A DNA stretch of 64,000 nt, taken from positions 22,196,001 through 22,260,000 of the forward strand of contig NC_088799.1 in the NCBI RefSeq assembly GCF_011386835.1, given 5' to 3'. This document shows positions 26,537 to 38,841 of the stretch, in pieces; the stretch's first letter is position 1; every line of letters begins with the position of its first letter. The notes beneath the pieces are model-generated. The model was given only the letters and a program-made list of their open reading frames with translations. It was not told where the DNA came from and ran no database searches. The position numbers were made by a program, and so were the translations under genes. This stretch comes from Chrysemys picta bellii. Taxonomy: Eukaryota.

Positions 26537-28043
26537 CACTACAAGAATTTTCAAAACATCTCTTCCTGCCCCCAACAAATCTCAAATTTTTGATTACGAT
26601 TCATTTTGGACAAAAATTGTCTTCTGTCCACAGAGCAGTTATGCAAAAGTTGAAGTAGGAATGAGTTTAAGGTGGCGTATTTTAGAGTTTGGCACAAGGG
26701 GGGAGGCAAGTTTGGAGTCAGAGAAAACAAACTTCAGCCCCTATTATGTAAAGGCTTACATTTCTTTATAATGTAAAAAACTGGGGTTTGTTTTCATCGT
26801 AGCAGCAAATTTTGAGGTCAGAAAAAGGAAATAATTTGCATTGTTGCTTCCCTCCTACACGGCAGGTACAAGCCTTTTATAGCTAGAAATCTGTGTTCAA
26901 ATTGTGCCTCGTTTCGCAAGTGAAAGTTAGTATGGTAGTTCCTTAACTAGATCCTGGTAGAAATATTTAGACTACAGAAACCCACTATGCACACTAGCGG
27001 GTCTTTCCAACTTGTTTTAGTCAGAGCTTTGCAGGTCACGAAGGAGATGAAGCGCCTGAGCCCAATGCTTGTACAGCAACCTGTCACTTTGATTGGCTTT
27101 AGTTTAATGCTATTAGTCCACTGCTTTCATGGCTGTCACTAAATTTCACCTACTAAGACTCCGCTCCAGGAAAGCACATGAGTCAATGTGAATCTTCATG
27201 TACTAAAAGTTAAGCATGTGTTTAAGTGCTTCACTGGATCAGGACCTAGATTTCTAAAGGATAAACACAGGCAGGATGGGATTTGTATTGCCAGGCTACA
27301 ATTTTCTCATCTGTGCAGCAACAGTGATCTTCAAAGGATATCAAATATGCAATAAAAGGGCTGGTATCTAGTACAATATGACTAAACTCTATATCAGATT
27401 ATTTAACAGTCCTAAATTGCTTTTTAAGTCTCTCATGAAATACCCAAATTATACTGACATGTTCACTCAAACTGCATTTTGCCAGTTAGCTTACTAGTTT
27501 TAATGATGTACAAATGATGCATAGTAATATTCTAAAACATTCTACTCAGAAGTTTAAAGAAAAAAGCATTAATAAATAGGGCTGGCTAAAATCAAGTATT
27601 TTCCTAGTTGGCTGCTTTGTAATTACTGTACTTTTTCTGCACAAGGGAATTTTACTTATGGGCTTGTTTTTATTATTTTTTTATTCCAATCCACAGCTGA
27701 CTCAATGTGTCATTTTCCAGTGTTACTAAAATTAACTTCCCTTTTCCTGCAGTAGGGCTCCTGATTTTTATTTCTGATAACATCATTTGATTTCTCAATG
27801 TCTCCTTTCAAAATACATTTAGAGACATTTAAGTTATTGGCTAAAGGGAAGAAAAGTCCTTCCCTGTACTGCTGCATAGCTTTAATAAGCAGTTTTTCAA
27901 AAAAGAATGACTTCCCTGGATAAATCCTATGAACTATCCTTCAAAATTACTACAAAAGTTCATACTATGTAATTCACTTAAGCTTACAATGTTCAAAAAA
28001 TGTATTTACTGTATATACCAAATAGGATCTGTGTGTGCTTTGG

Positions 28044-29251
28044 TAGGGTGACCATTCGTCCGGATTTACCCGGACATGTCCTCCTTTTTGTGTTAAAAAT
28101 AGCGTCCGGGGGGGGGACTTGTAAATCACTAAAAATGTCTGGGATTTCCCCCCCATGCAGAGCGAGGCGCGGCTGGGAGGGCTGCAGGAAAGTCAGCCGC
28201 TCGCATGGGGCTCTGGCAGCCAGAGCCCTTCCCCCTGCAGCTTGCCGGGCTGGACTCCGGAGCAGCGGTAGAGCTCCTCCTCCCCCCCCCCCCCTGCATT
28301 CTGAGCCGGCCGGCCTGCCGGGCCGTTTGCATCGGGCCTCGGCAGCTCCTCCTCCCCTGCAGCCCAGCGCCCCGCTCCAGCAGCACTGTGCAGGGGCAGG
28401 GACTGGGTTGTGTGTTGTGCTGGGGAGCGCAGCCACGTGTCCGGCTCCGCACAGAGCCCAACACCCTGTTCTGAGCGGTGGGGTAAGGGGGCCAGGGGGC
28501 AGGAGAAGGGGCAGGGAGATTTTGGAGGGGGCAGTCAAGAGACGGGGGGGTCAGGAGTTTTGGGGGGGGCTTTTTAGGGGGATGGAGGTTTGGGGCAGTC
28601 AGGGTACAGGTAGGGGGTAGGGTCCTGGGGGGCAGTTTGGGGGGGGGTCTTAGGAGGGGGCAGTTAGGGGACAAGGAACAGGGAGGCTTAGGTAGGGGGT
28701 GGGGTTCTGGAGGGCAGTTAGGAGCAGGGGTCCCAGGAGGGGGCAGTCAGGGGACAAGGAGCGGGGTGTGTGTGTTTGGGAGTTCTGGGGGGGGGGCTGG
28801 CAGGGGTGGGGAGAGGGATCGGAGCAGTCAGGGGACAGGGAGCAGAGGGGTTTAGATGGGTTGGGAGTTCTGGGGGGGGCTGTCAGGGGGTGGGGAGTGG
28901 TTGGATGGGGCGTGGGAGTCCCAGGGGTCTGTCTGGGGGTGGGGGTGTGGATAAGGGTTGGGGCAATCAGGGTACGGGTAGGGTCCTAAGGGGCCAGTTA
29001 GGATGGGGGGAGGGTCTCAGGAGGGGGCAGTCAGGGGACAAGAGGCAGGGAGGCTTAGGTAGGGGGTGGAGTCCTGGGGGGCAGTTAGGGGCAGGGGTCC
29101 CAGGAGGGGGCAATCAGGGGACAAGGAACAGGGGGAGGGTTGGGGGTTCTGAGGGGGGTGGGAAGTGGGAGGGGCAGGGGCGGGGCTAGGGCAGGACGGG
29201 GGCGGGGCTCCTCCCGTCCTCTTTTTTGCTTGCTGAAATATAGTAACCCTA
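28044..29251. mobile_element. hAT-like MITE (TAGGGTGACCA ends) with an internal G-rich degenerate tandem array
   Basis: Ends tagggtgaccat / atagtaacccta. 28480-29210 consists of repeated gggggcagtcaggggacaagg...gcttaggtaggggg blocks. Confidence 0.8.
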
Positions 29252-30307
29252 GGTTTGGGCAGGAGAGTGGGGGCTAAGGTTTGGTCAGCAGGTACACAGA
29301 GCTTTTTATTTTACTCAGGGGCATGAAAATTAATCCACACCAATTAAGTCTGACTTCACTGAAGGTAAAAATCACATTTTATTCCTTTTTACCCTACATA
29401 AAGTTGGCAACCTACCTAGTAAGGATATCAAATGCTATCAAACATACATTCGGAATCTTCAAATTTGGGTATGGAACACATGGATTAGAATCATTGCACT
29501 ATACTTTCAGAATACTTAATTTATATTAAGTATTTATGCATTCTGGGATTTAAATATTGTACAATATATGGCAAATTCATTTTCAGAAATAAAGCATGGA
29601 ATGCTTTGAAGACAATTGTCTTTATGCAAGAAATGTTCTAGGTTAACTTGCCTGGACAATATATAATCATTATTAGACAGCATAAGGATTTTTGACATTA
29701 TACTTTTTTAATTTATGGAGAGCAAATAATTGTATTTTTAAATGAAAAACATCCTAATGGAAGAAACAAGGCAAGTTTTCTCATAAACCTTCACTGTTCT
29801 TGTAAAATACTGTGTTTATACTCAGGTATACGGTAAATAATTATATCAAAAAGTCTTTCTACTCTATAATTTCAATATAAATTAAACAACAACATGAAGA
29901 GCTGGCGTTTATTCAGCCGTTTTACACTTGCTTCCCCCTTAAATTATCTGAAAAGGTCCACTGTTAATCCAGTGATAAAATACTGTGTCTGCCTATTAAA
30001 ACTGATATTTAGAAATGCGTCTAAGTATTTCCTCATGGGATTAATACATAGAAGGTTCTGTTGAAGCAGTTAATCACTATGGGTTGATCATTTGTCCCTG
30101 GATAAAGAGCATATTCTTTTTACTCTTCCTGACAAAGCAACATTGTAATAAATCAGAATGAATAAGTAAAAGAATTAAAAAACCAACCCCCCCCCCAAAA
30201 AAAAACTAAACACAGAAACATCCCCCCCCCCCACTTCAGGGTATGAAAAAACATCATAAGTGTTAACATAAACAAAGAGTTTATGCATCGTTTTAATTTA
30301 ATCCAAG

Positions 30308-30555
30308 AGAAAGGACAGTTTTGTAGTTAAAGCCCTGGACTAGGACTTTTGCGATCTGGATTCAGCTCCCCACATCTGTCCTTGGACAGTCACTGACTCT
30401 CTGCCCTCATTTCCCAACCTGTACAATGGGAATAAAATGTTCTGTTTTATCTATTTAGATTATAAACTGTTTAGGACAGGAGCTCTCTCTTATTACATGT
30501 ATGTATGGTGTCTAGTACATGGGGCCATGCGCCCAGTGGGGACCTCTATGTACTA
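30308..30555 (+). mobile_element. Old CORE/MIR-like SINE with an L2-type tail
   Basis: tagttaaagccctggact...cactgactctctgccctcatttcccaacctgtacaatggg core, then a tataaactgtttaggacagg...aataataa tail. Confidence 0.55.
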
Positions 30556-30950
30556 TCACCACATAAATAATAAATGCAATTAATGTATGTGATGTGATTT
30601 TATTTCAACACCACTAAAGTAAAAGTCAAGCTTTTGGGCTTTGTAATTATGTTTAGGCAAAATGAAATGAAATGAAATCACACACACCACTGCAGTATCC
30701 AACTCAGAATAGTTTGCTTCTTTCATTAGACAAAAAGGAGACAGGTTCTATTTAGAATACATTCACACAGAATCTTTCACCTAAACGGCCTCTTTGCCCT
30801 TTATTTAAACTTTTTCAGGCTAATTACCCTGTCATCCAAGTACAGTTGGAGAAATGTCTTCGCTGAGATTCGCTCAGGACTAACTTTGTAATGAGACCAT
30901 CCGACAGAAAAAAAAAGTCATATCAGTTGATTTAGCTTATTAGTCTAGAA

Positions 30951-31247
30951 CAGGGGTCGGCAACCTTTTAGAAGCGGTGTGCCGAGTCTTCATTTATTCA
31001 CTCTAATTTAAGGTTTCGCGTGCCAGTAATACATTTTAATCTTTTTAGAAGGTCTCTTTCTAGAAGTCTATAATATATAACTAAACTATTGTTGTATGTA
31101 AAGTAAACAAGGTTTCAAAATGTTTAAGAAGTTTCATTTTAAATTAAATTAAAATAAAGAGCCCCCCCGGACTGGTGGCCAGGACCCGGGCAGTGAGAGT
31201 GCCACAGAAAATCAGCATGGCATGTGGGCCATAGATTGCCTACCCCG
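30951..31247. mobile_element. hAT MITE, family A short form
   Basis: Left TIR caggggtcggcaacct, degraded right TIR, TSD gtctagaa / gtccagaa. Colinear with 17739-18049. Confidence 0.85.
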
Positions 31248-32084
31248 GTCCAGAAGCTGATAATTCTGGTTTTAACTCAAATCAAATCAAATCACAACCT
31301 TAAATGAAAATTCTTTGTTCAATGAACATCTTCTTTCAAATGAGAGAGAAGAAATCAATTCAGAATACAGTACTATGCAATACAATAGGTTTCTGACAAA
31401 GCAGGGCCTCTTTGTACAATCTAACTACCATTTCTAGGGTCACATTGCAGCCACCAGCAATTGTCATTCCTCTCAGTAGCTTCTCAAGTACTGAGAGGAC
31501 GAGGGTCATTGTACAAAGGCATTATACCTCCACTTCTGTTAGAGGGCATGCCACTACTAATATTTAAATTATTGCCTTGAAAACTAAACTATAAAACAAA
31601 TGTATTTCTGGGTTGTCACAACATTGCAGAGCTGACTGGGCATTTCAGTAGACAGCTACTTTCTTCCCATTTGTAGTTTTTGGCAATAAAGCCAATTGGA
31701 GAGGATTACACGGCTGCTGTACATGCTGTATCCATTCAGATAAACAGTTCAGTCCCTAGGCCAGCCACTCTGGCACCCTTTATGTGCTTTAAATATATAC
31801 ACAGACAACATGCATTGCAGTCAGTTTAATGACACATACCAAGCTACATTATAAGGTACACTTAGCTTTTGTATTATTAGGTAAGGGTTACTTTTGTGAG
31901 AGAGAAGTCCATGTAAAATTTCGTCAGCTATGAAACTCGAATCATGGTTATAGTTACAAAAACTGTTTCTCCTTTCAGTGAATTTAAATGGTAGCAGTAG
32001 GGAAGAGAGTTTGAAGTCTGAGGTTGTATTTGGGGCATCCTAACATAAAAACTGGAACACATATTTAGTGCAGCTCTACTTTAT

Positions 32085-32360
32085 TATTAGTAGTAGAATC
32101 ACAGTAGCAACTTAAGAGGCCCCAATCAAGATAGGGGCTTCATTGTGTGGGGGCAGTATAGACACAAAGGGAGATAGAGTCTCTGCCTAAAAGAGTTTAT
32201 AATTTAAATAGATGAGACCAAGGGAGGAAGAGTTAACAGAGGCATAAAGAGGGGAAGTAACTTCCCCAAGGTCACAAACAAGGTCAATGGCTGAGCCAGG
32301 AATAGAACCAAGGTCTTCTAACTCTGTTCAGTCCTCTATACAATAGGCCATGCTGCCTTC
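32085..32360 (-). mobile_element. Old CORE/MIR-like SINE
   Basis: aagtaacttccccaaggtcac...gagccaggaatagaaccaaggtct (MIR-like core, reverse orientation) plus an L2-type tail. Confidence 0.55.
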
Positions 32361-33010
32361 CTGTGGCTCAAGCTGCTACAGTTAAGAATGCAATGTAATA
32401 ACCCCCTCCCCACTCCTTCATATTCAAGGATCGAAATTAGTCACCCCCTTGAAGATATAAAACTATATATCAATTTCAAGCTATACCATCTTTTTGGTGC
32501 ATGCAAAGTCTGGGGGAAAACGCATTTCAATTTTCAGGTTTTATAAAAGCAAGAAAACAGGACAGATTAACTCTTAGTCTTAAAATTAAAAACTTAATTT
32601 TTCATACTGATAGTAAGGCATGAAACAGTAAGTGCCTTCTGCTGTTTTTTTTAAAGGTTACTAAAAATGAGCAATACGATTATAACTGAAATTTGTAGGA
32701 GTATTTTAAACATTCAGATTTAATTATGCACAGATAACACTTATCTGAGTCAATGAAATGAACAAAACTATGAACTATACATTTTCTAAGGTATGACATA
32801 AAGAGAATGATAGAGAAGAGGCCATAATGATCTTCTTGTTCCAAGGATCCAATCTTTTCCAAAGAGTGCACTTTAGCAGATTATCTAGTTAACTGATCCT
32901 GGTAAGCCAACTAGAGTACCTATACCTATGAACACCTCTCGCAATAATCTCAAAAGTGGTTGCTAGTTTATTATTTATTAGTAGAATTTACAGCATTTTT
33001 TATATATGGT

Positions 33011-33406
33011 TAGGTTATAAACAAGTTTGGAAGGATTACATTTCTATCAGTAAATGTCAATAAACATTGATTTCACTGTGCACACAAACGTATGAAAATA
33101 TATTTTCATCAATAATAATCAAAATGAACAGATAGGCAATGTAAGAAAAATGCTGCTTGAGAACTTCTGAGAGTTTGATTTAAGGATATGTACTTTGTAT
33201 ATTTTAATATGTGATGTCGACAATTTGCATTTTAATGGTTATAAAGCTTTATCTTTTTGAATCTCAACTATCATTAAATGATTATCTGACCTTCCCCATA
33301 ATTTCCTGCAACTGTAAAAATTTAAATTTATAAAAATAGAAAAAAATGCTTAAAATAATCAATATTATCCATCATAATTATAAAAAATAAAATTCTGCCA
33401 AGCCTA
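33011..33406. mobile_element. AT-rich degraded non-autonomous DNA element
   Basis: Ends taggttataaacaagtttggaagg / aattctgccaagccta resemble a turtle repeat family I recall. Class uncertain. Confidence 0.35.
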
Positions 33407-33920
33407 GAGAAATGTCATATCAATGGACAATTATTTAAGGAACACTTGTTTTATTATGAAGGTCTGAATGGGTTACTTTAGAAAAACTCTTTTAAAGTCA
33501 GTCCTATTATGAAAGTACCACTCTGAAGGCTGGCCATCATCCGTCTTCACATTTATACAGACATGTCTGAAAAGTTTCACAGGATGATCAGAAAGCACTT
33601 TCAGGTAGAGAAGGGGAGCTTTTTTCACAGCTCCAAAGAGAAAAAGAGCCAGCCTCATCCTTGCATTCTAACCTGTCTGTTGAAAGGGCTCCCGAGACCC
33701 CATTTCCATGGCAGCAGGCTCCTTTAGTTTACTTAATAGTAGCAGTTTTTCCATTGGTGATCAGTGTGCCCTGGAGCTATTGATCTACTGAGCTCCAACT
33801 CCCTTGTTACAAAACGGTTTTTAGCATTTACAAAATGCAGAAATCAGCTGAAGAAAAGAATGATTTTGGAAGATAGGATGGGTGCCATGTCTTCTGCCCT
33901 AATACAGGAGAAGTAGACTG

Positions 33921-34181
33921 CAATGTTGCCAACTCTTGTGATTTTATCTTGAGTCTCATAATATTTGGTGTCTTTCCTGAGTCTCTCAGCTTTCATTTCT
34001 AGTATTTATGGTTGCTGAGAAATCTTCAAAATGTGAATCCTAAAGGCTCAAAAAATAGAAAGCAAATAAAAGGACCCCCAAATTAGTTATGTTTAAAAAT
34101 GTAATGATTTATAAATCAAATTTCATGATTTTTTGGAGACCCTGACTAATGATTTTTCAGTAGTTGATATTAGCATTACTG
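33921..34181. mobile_element. Old non-autonomous DNA transposon remnant
   Basis: Degenerate TIRs caatgttgccaac / gttgatattagcattactg; no TSD. Confidence 0.3.
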
Positions 34182-35799
34182 AGGCCATATGTATACTTCA
34201 GACCTTTGTTGATCTAGGTATATCAGTCACAGGTGTGAAGAAAAGTTAGCCCTGACTGACATAGCTGTGGCAGCAAAAGTCCCTAAAATGGCCTGAAACA
34301 GCAAGTACTTTAGGACCTCTCTTTCTTTTCCCAAGGAAATCAGGTGGCTGTTAGATCTACAGACAGTTCTTTACTGAAAGGACTCCTTTCAAAATGGAGA
34401 GCTTGTAGCCTACAAGCTGACCAACTCCCTAAGAATTCTGCAAAGGGAGAGGCATTTACTGAGAAATATCACTCTTCCCCTTCTTTCTATGGAAGTGCAG
34501 CAAGTCAAATTTAATACAAGTTTAATATGGAGGGGCATCCTGATGTTTCAGCACGTGTATATAGCTACTAAATTTTGTGCAGCTCCATATGACATTAATG
34601 CACAGAGATCATACAGAAAGCTTGGAGTAGCGCGGGGGTGAAATGTTGAGGAAGAGGGATCTGAATACAGGATTTGGGGACTGAACTGTTCCGGGGAGGG
34701 AAGGCTGAAAACTGAAGGTCCAATCAAATTTCTGAAGTGATGCTGAACATGTTTTAGTTCAGTTAACACATGGAAATAAAACAGTTTTTAGTCACAATTC
34801 AAGCTGTACAAGTTGTCAGCAAAAGGTAAATATCCTAGTGAAGACAGAGCCATACTATCCAAATTCCATCTAAGCAGATCTTGTCCTATGAATTGTGTCC
34901 CAGACCCTTCCTGAAATACCTGTTTTGGAGCTAATTCCAGGACTTCTAAGAAAATCAAATCTAATTGGTCATATCAGTTTTTTATCTGTGTATAAAGCCC
35001 AAGAATGTTTGGCCTTTCAGCCAACAGAAATAGGTACATATCCAAATTGATGCTAGTCTGCAAAACTGAATGGCTCCCATGGGCAATTTTCTGTTTAGGG
35101 AGTATTATATTACACAGAGATTCAGTTTCAATGTTTTGGAGTCCAGAAATTTATCAACTTTTAGAAGATCATCAGAAATAAGTCTGAGGTGGTGATATTT
35201 AACATTACTGCCATGTTAATAGTAGTATTATGGTAGCATCTATGTAACAAAAAGGCAAACTCTGATCCGAAGAGCTCACAATAGACTCATTCATCAAGAT
35301 GAAGAAAATATGCAAGAAGCTGACATTAGCTTGATTTTCAGAATAAATACAACCTTAACTATGTTACTCTATGCAAAGGGCACCTTAAGGATTTAATGGT
35401 GAACTGAAATGCTTTATTACTTAATACTAGTTAAGATCCTAAATCATTAAAATAGTACATGGGTATATTTAAATTGCAAGGAAGTACATTATAACAAAAT
35501 ATTTTATTTACTTATCAGGGCCTGAGTTAAGGTTGTATTTCTTCGATGCATGTTGATGACATCATAGCTGTCTCAAGTATTTTAAACAAATGTGCAAGTT
35601 CTGGTATTTTTCATGTTAAATTTGCAGGAGAAAAAATAGAGCCCTAAAGCACAGGTCTTGGGAGATTAGTTGAAAACACATTTGCAATTTACTTTTAAAT
35701 TGTATTTATTCATAATGTTAACACTACACACATATTCTCTTAAATATTTCACTGATCTTAACAAGTGTTTGGCATTACTTACAAAAATAATTTCAATCA

Positions 35800-36075
35800 C
35801 TTTTAATGGTGCTGTAATGGAGATTACCAACATACCAATGCCAATATGCCTGAACTGGATAGGCGATCTGTAATGGTGAAAGGGTCTATGCCTAATGAGT
35901 CAATAATAGTAGGGATGGCAGTGGTTTGTGTAATAATTATTAGTTGGGAACTGGACGGAGGCCACTACACAGCCTCAAGTGGTAATAACTTTTGGTCACC
36001 AGTGACCTGGTATGGATTCAGATTGATAACCTAGAAGTGAAAGGATTCATATTTCATTACCATATGACATTCAAT
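35800..36075 (-). mobile_element. Second LF-SINE copy, more diverged
   Basis: Minus strand ggtaatgaaatatgaatcctttcacttctagg...ggtgaccaaaagttattaccac...ggctgtgtagtggcct...ccagttc...ggcatattggca follows the recalled LF-SINE block order. Confidence 0.55.
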
Positions 36076-37422
36076 TCCACTGCAATCAATGTATAATCCT
36101 TCCAATTTAAGAGATTCCATATATAAAAGCACAGATCATTAACCTTCCCAGGAGAGTTATCATCATATTATTTAGAATATGATCTAAAACTGTTTAATGA
36201 ACATCTAGCATTTTTCTTCTTGGAATTGTGAATTCTGTTTAAAAATCTAATTGTATGGATCATCTTCTCAAGAATTTAGAAAGTAGCAGCAGCAGTTGAT
36301 TTAGGTCAAACAAGATCTGTGTAGTGAGATGTGTATAAATGAATTGCTTTTTGCTGTCTCGGGTTTTAAGATAAAACTGTGCTGCTGATCCACCACTCTA
36401 GGATTCTTATGGTAGCATAATATACAGTCCGGCTTAGCATTTAGAATTTATTTTTTAAACAGCCCCTGCAGGGATTTAACATCTCAACTGTATAGGGTCT
36501 CTCTCTTTACTAAGTGTATTTTAAAGCTCTGATGAAACCCAAAGCACATTTCAAAAAGGAATTTGACCACAGATATCACACGTGACTATAGCAGCCTTAA
36601 CATTGACATTTTCCCTTCCCCCCCATCACAGCCCGTGTTTAGGGAAGCCACCCTTCCTCTCTAGCTTGCTGAAATCCAATCATTTATGGCTTGTAGTTTG
36701 ATTCTAAACCCTGGATTGCTGATCACAGAAGGATTAAAACTTGACCTCCAGGTTAAAGGGTTTGATTATTTGGGTTGTTTTGTCGCACCGTGCAACCAAA
36801 CAGAGGTATTTAAACAAAACAAAGATCATTCTCATATGATATTTTTCTAAAATAAAGATTCACATACGACTAGTGATTTAGTGTTAATATTTTTGTTTTG
36901 AAAGAATACATTGTAACGAATAAGCAGATTAAAAGTATTAAAAATGTAGCCATACTATGATCACACAAAACCAAATGCTTTAGGATGCTACCCAGCCTAA
37001 TAGCAGCATTCTTGACTGAACCTAATGTATCTTCACTTAGTCACAGTTCCCAGAAGACTGGCTTCCATTTGAGAAGAGACAATAGGCGACCTTTAACCCT
37101 TCAGTTCCCAGAACTATGCTGGGAAAACATTCTCAGAGACACAACAATGATGCTATTTACTAAATTACTAACATGACAGGCTAAAGGCTTCAGAAAACTA
37201 TTTAAATACATTTTTAGAAGGGGATAGACTGGAATAATTATTGTAAACTGCTAATTGGATTAAAAATCTTCAAACTCAAAAATCATTTTTAACTCTGTAC
37301 TATGTGTATATACTGGTACTTTGGTTTACTTCCCTTCATGCTATAATGCTGTTTTATGCATGCGGATATATGTGATTAACAGTAATCTTCAAGCAGGACC
37401 AAGCCGTGGGAGTGGAATCTGT

Positions 37423-37460
37423 AGGTAGGTAGGTAGGTAGGTAGGTGTGTGTATGTGTGT
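37423..37460. repeat. Compound (GGTA)n/(TG)n microsatellite
   Basis: gtaggtaggtaggtaggtaggtaggtgtgtgtatgtgtgtg. Confidence 0.9.
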
Positions 37461-38508
37461 GATAATACTGTCCCTCTACTGTTAGGAAAGTGAAGTAATG
37501 TCAGTGTAAACGCCTAAATTCTTACTTTGCCCTATGGAAAGGTAATACATTAGTCTTTGTTACCAATTATCTTCTCACCTTCATCTCTGATTATTAGCAT
37601 TGTGGCAGTGCCCAGAGGGCCCAACCAAGATTGGGAGACTACACTGTGCTCGTGCTACAAACCCATAAAAAGGCACCGTCTCTGCCCCAAAGACCTTGCA
37701 ATCAATTAATCCATATTTTGATTATTTATCAAAATAGCAAACCATAATGTAAACAATGAAAAGACAGCATTTGAAAATGACGACTACATTTTAATGCATC
37801 TACCAGGATAAATAGGCAATTACAGACAGTGAATATAGAACTCTTAAAAATATTAAAAGCTAATTTCTCTTCATATATAACTACGAAGGTGCTAAAACAG
37901 CCACTTCGTACAAGTAATTTAAATCAAGTACTCTCATTTATACTTGTCGTAACAGAGTAAGTGTTGACGCATTATATAACGTAAAATGCAACTCGTTCAC
38001 AAAGACTCAGATGAATACATATTACTGAACGTAAAGCATCAATGAATGGAAGTGGCAGAGAAAATAAATCAGTTATCTGTTCCTTTTCCACTTAGTTCAT
38101 CTAAATATTTTTACTGTATTAGTGAACATTGTGTAGTGTACACAAGAATTTAGACATTGACACACTGAAAGTTAACATTTAAAAATATTGTTTACTATTA
38201 TTTTATGCACCTGTTATTTGTTCCATAATTTGCTTCCCAAAATTGTTTCCCCATTTCTTAAAAAGCTCTTCATTTAAAGGAGTTCCTGTATCCATATAGG
38301 CATACATGTCAGGACAAATTATACCTATATAATTCACATTTTACAAGCCAACTAAGCATTATTTTCTACACTGCTCATCAGATTTACAACAAAACACAGT
38401 ACTAACAATACTGTAGAAGCCGAAGAGAGACAACCTGCTGCACTGAAAAAGGCAGGCCTTTCTCTCCCCAAAGGATGCCTATCATCGTAACAGAGCTTTA
38501 ATTCTTAC

Positions 38509-38538
38509 CTGATACGAACAGTTTTCCTGGTGTACCAT
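38509..38538 (-). CDS. SCHIP1: SCHIP1 short-isoform N-terminal coding segment MVHQENCSYQ, ending at a phase-0 donor
   Basis: gagATGGTACACCAGGAAAACTGTTCGTATCAG|gtaaga. Strong Kozak context (-3 G, +4 G) and an in-frame TGA 12 nt upstream. Joins in frame to AQKNE..., giving the recalled short SCHIP1 N-terminus (human [18 protein letters not shown]). Intron to the shared exon is 27,556 nt. Confidence 0.9.
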
Positions 38539-38614
38539 CTCAGTGCATCATACAGAGAGCAGACACCAAAGCCAGGAATGTTTACAGAAGCTGCACAGTT
38601 AAAATTTACAGCAT
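38509..38614 (-). other. SCHIP1: Full 106-nt exon carrying the MVHQENCSYQ start (76 nt of 5'UTR plus 30 nt CDS) when entered by splicing
   Basis: Pyrimidine-rich acceptor ttcttttctccttcag| immediately upstream (38615 upward). It could instead be the 3' part of a longer first exon. Confidence 0.6.
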
Positions 38615-38827
38615 CTGAAGGAGAAAAGAACGCCCTTGTAAGGCGAGAAGCTTCCTGCAGATTAAAATGGATGCTGTTTCTGCTGTTTCAACCTGCGCAA
38701 TGGCACTGCCTTTGCTAGTGAGGAGTGTAGCAGTGCTGTTCTCCTCAGGGAACTAGCAATGAGGTCTAACAACATGTAGCTGAGACTGTGATGGGGGAGG
38801 GGGTTCACTCATCACTAGCACAATCGG

Positions 38828-38841
38828 CCAATTATATTATA
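38828..38841 (-). promoter_or_regulatory. CCAAT box with an adjacent TATA-like element about 300 nt upstream of the MVHQ start; possible proximal promoter
   Basis: Plus strand ggccaattatattata; minus strand tataatataattgg. Motif match only. Confidence 0.25.

Noticed and set aside
27993-29189. Multiple overlapping 70-206 aa ORFs
   Set aside because: All lie in the GC/G-rich hAT-like MITE and are low complexity. The same applies to ORFs at 12643-13148, 25723-26410, 49939-50980 and 59394-59997.
38509-38614. Alternative open frame across the whole exon (DAVNFNCAASVNIPGFGVCSLYDALRWYTRKTVRIR)
   Set aside because: It ends in phase 2, so it is out of frame with the AQKNE exon, and it matches no protein I know. 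The MVHQENCSYQ frame explains the exon.
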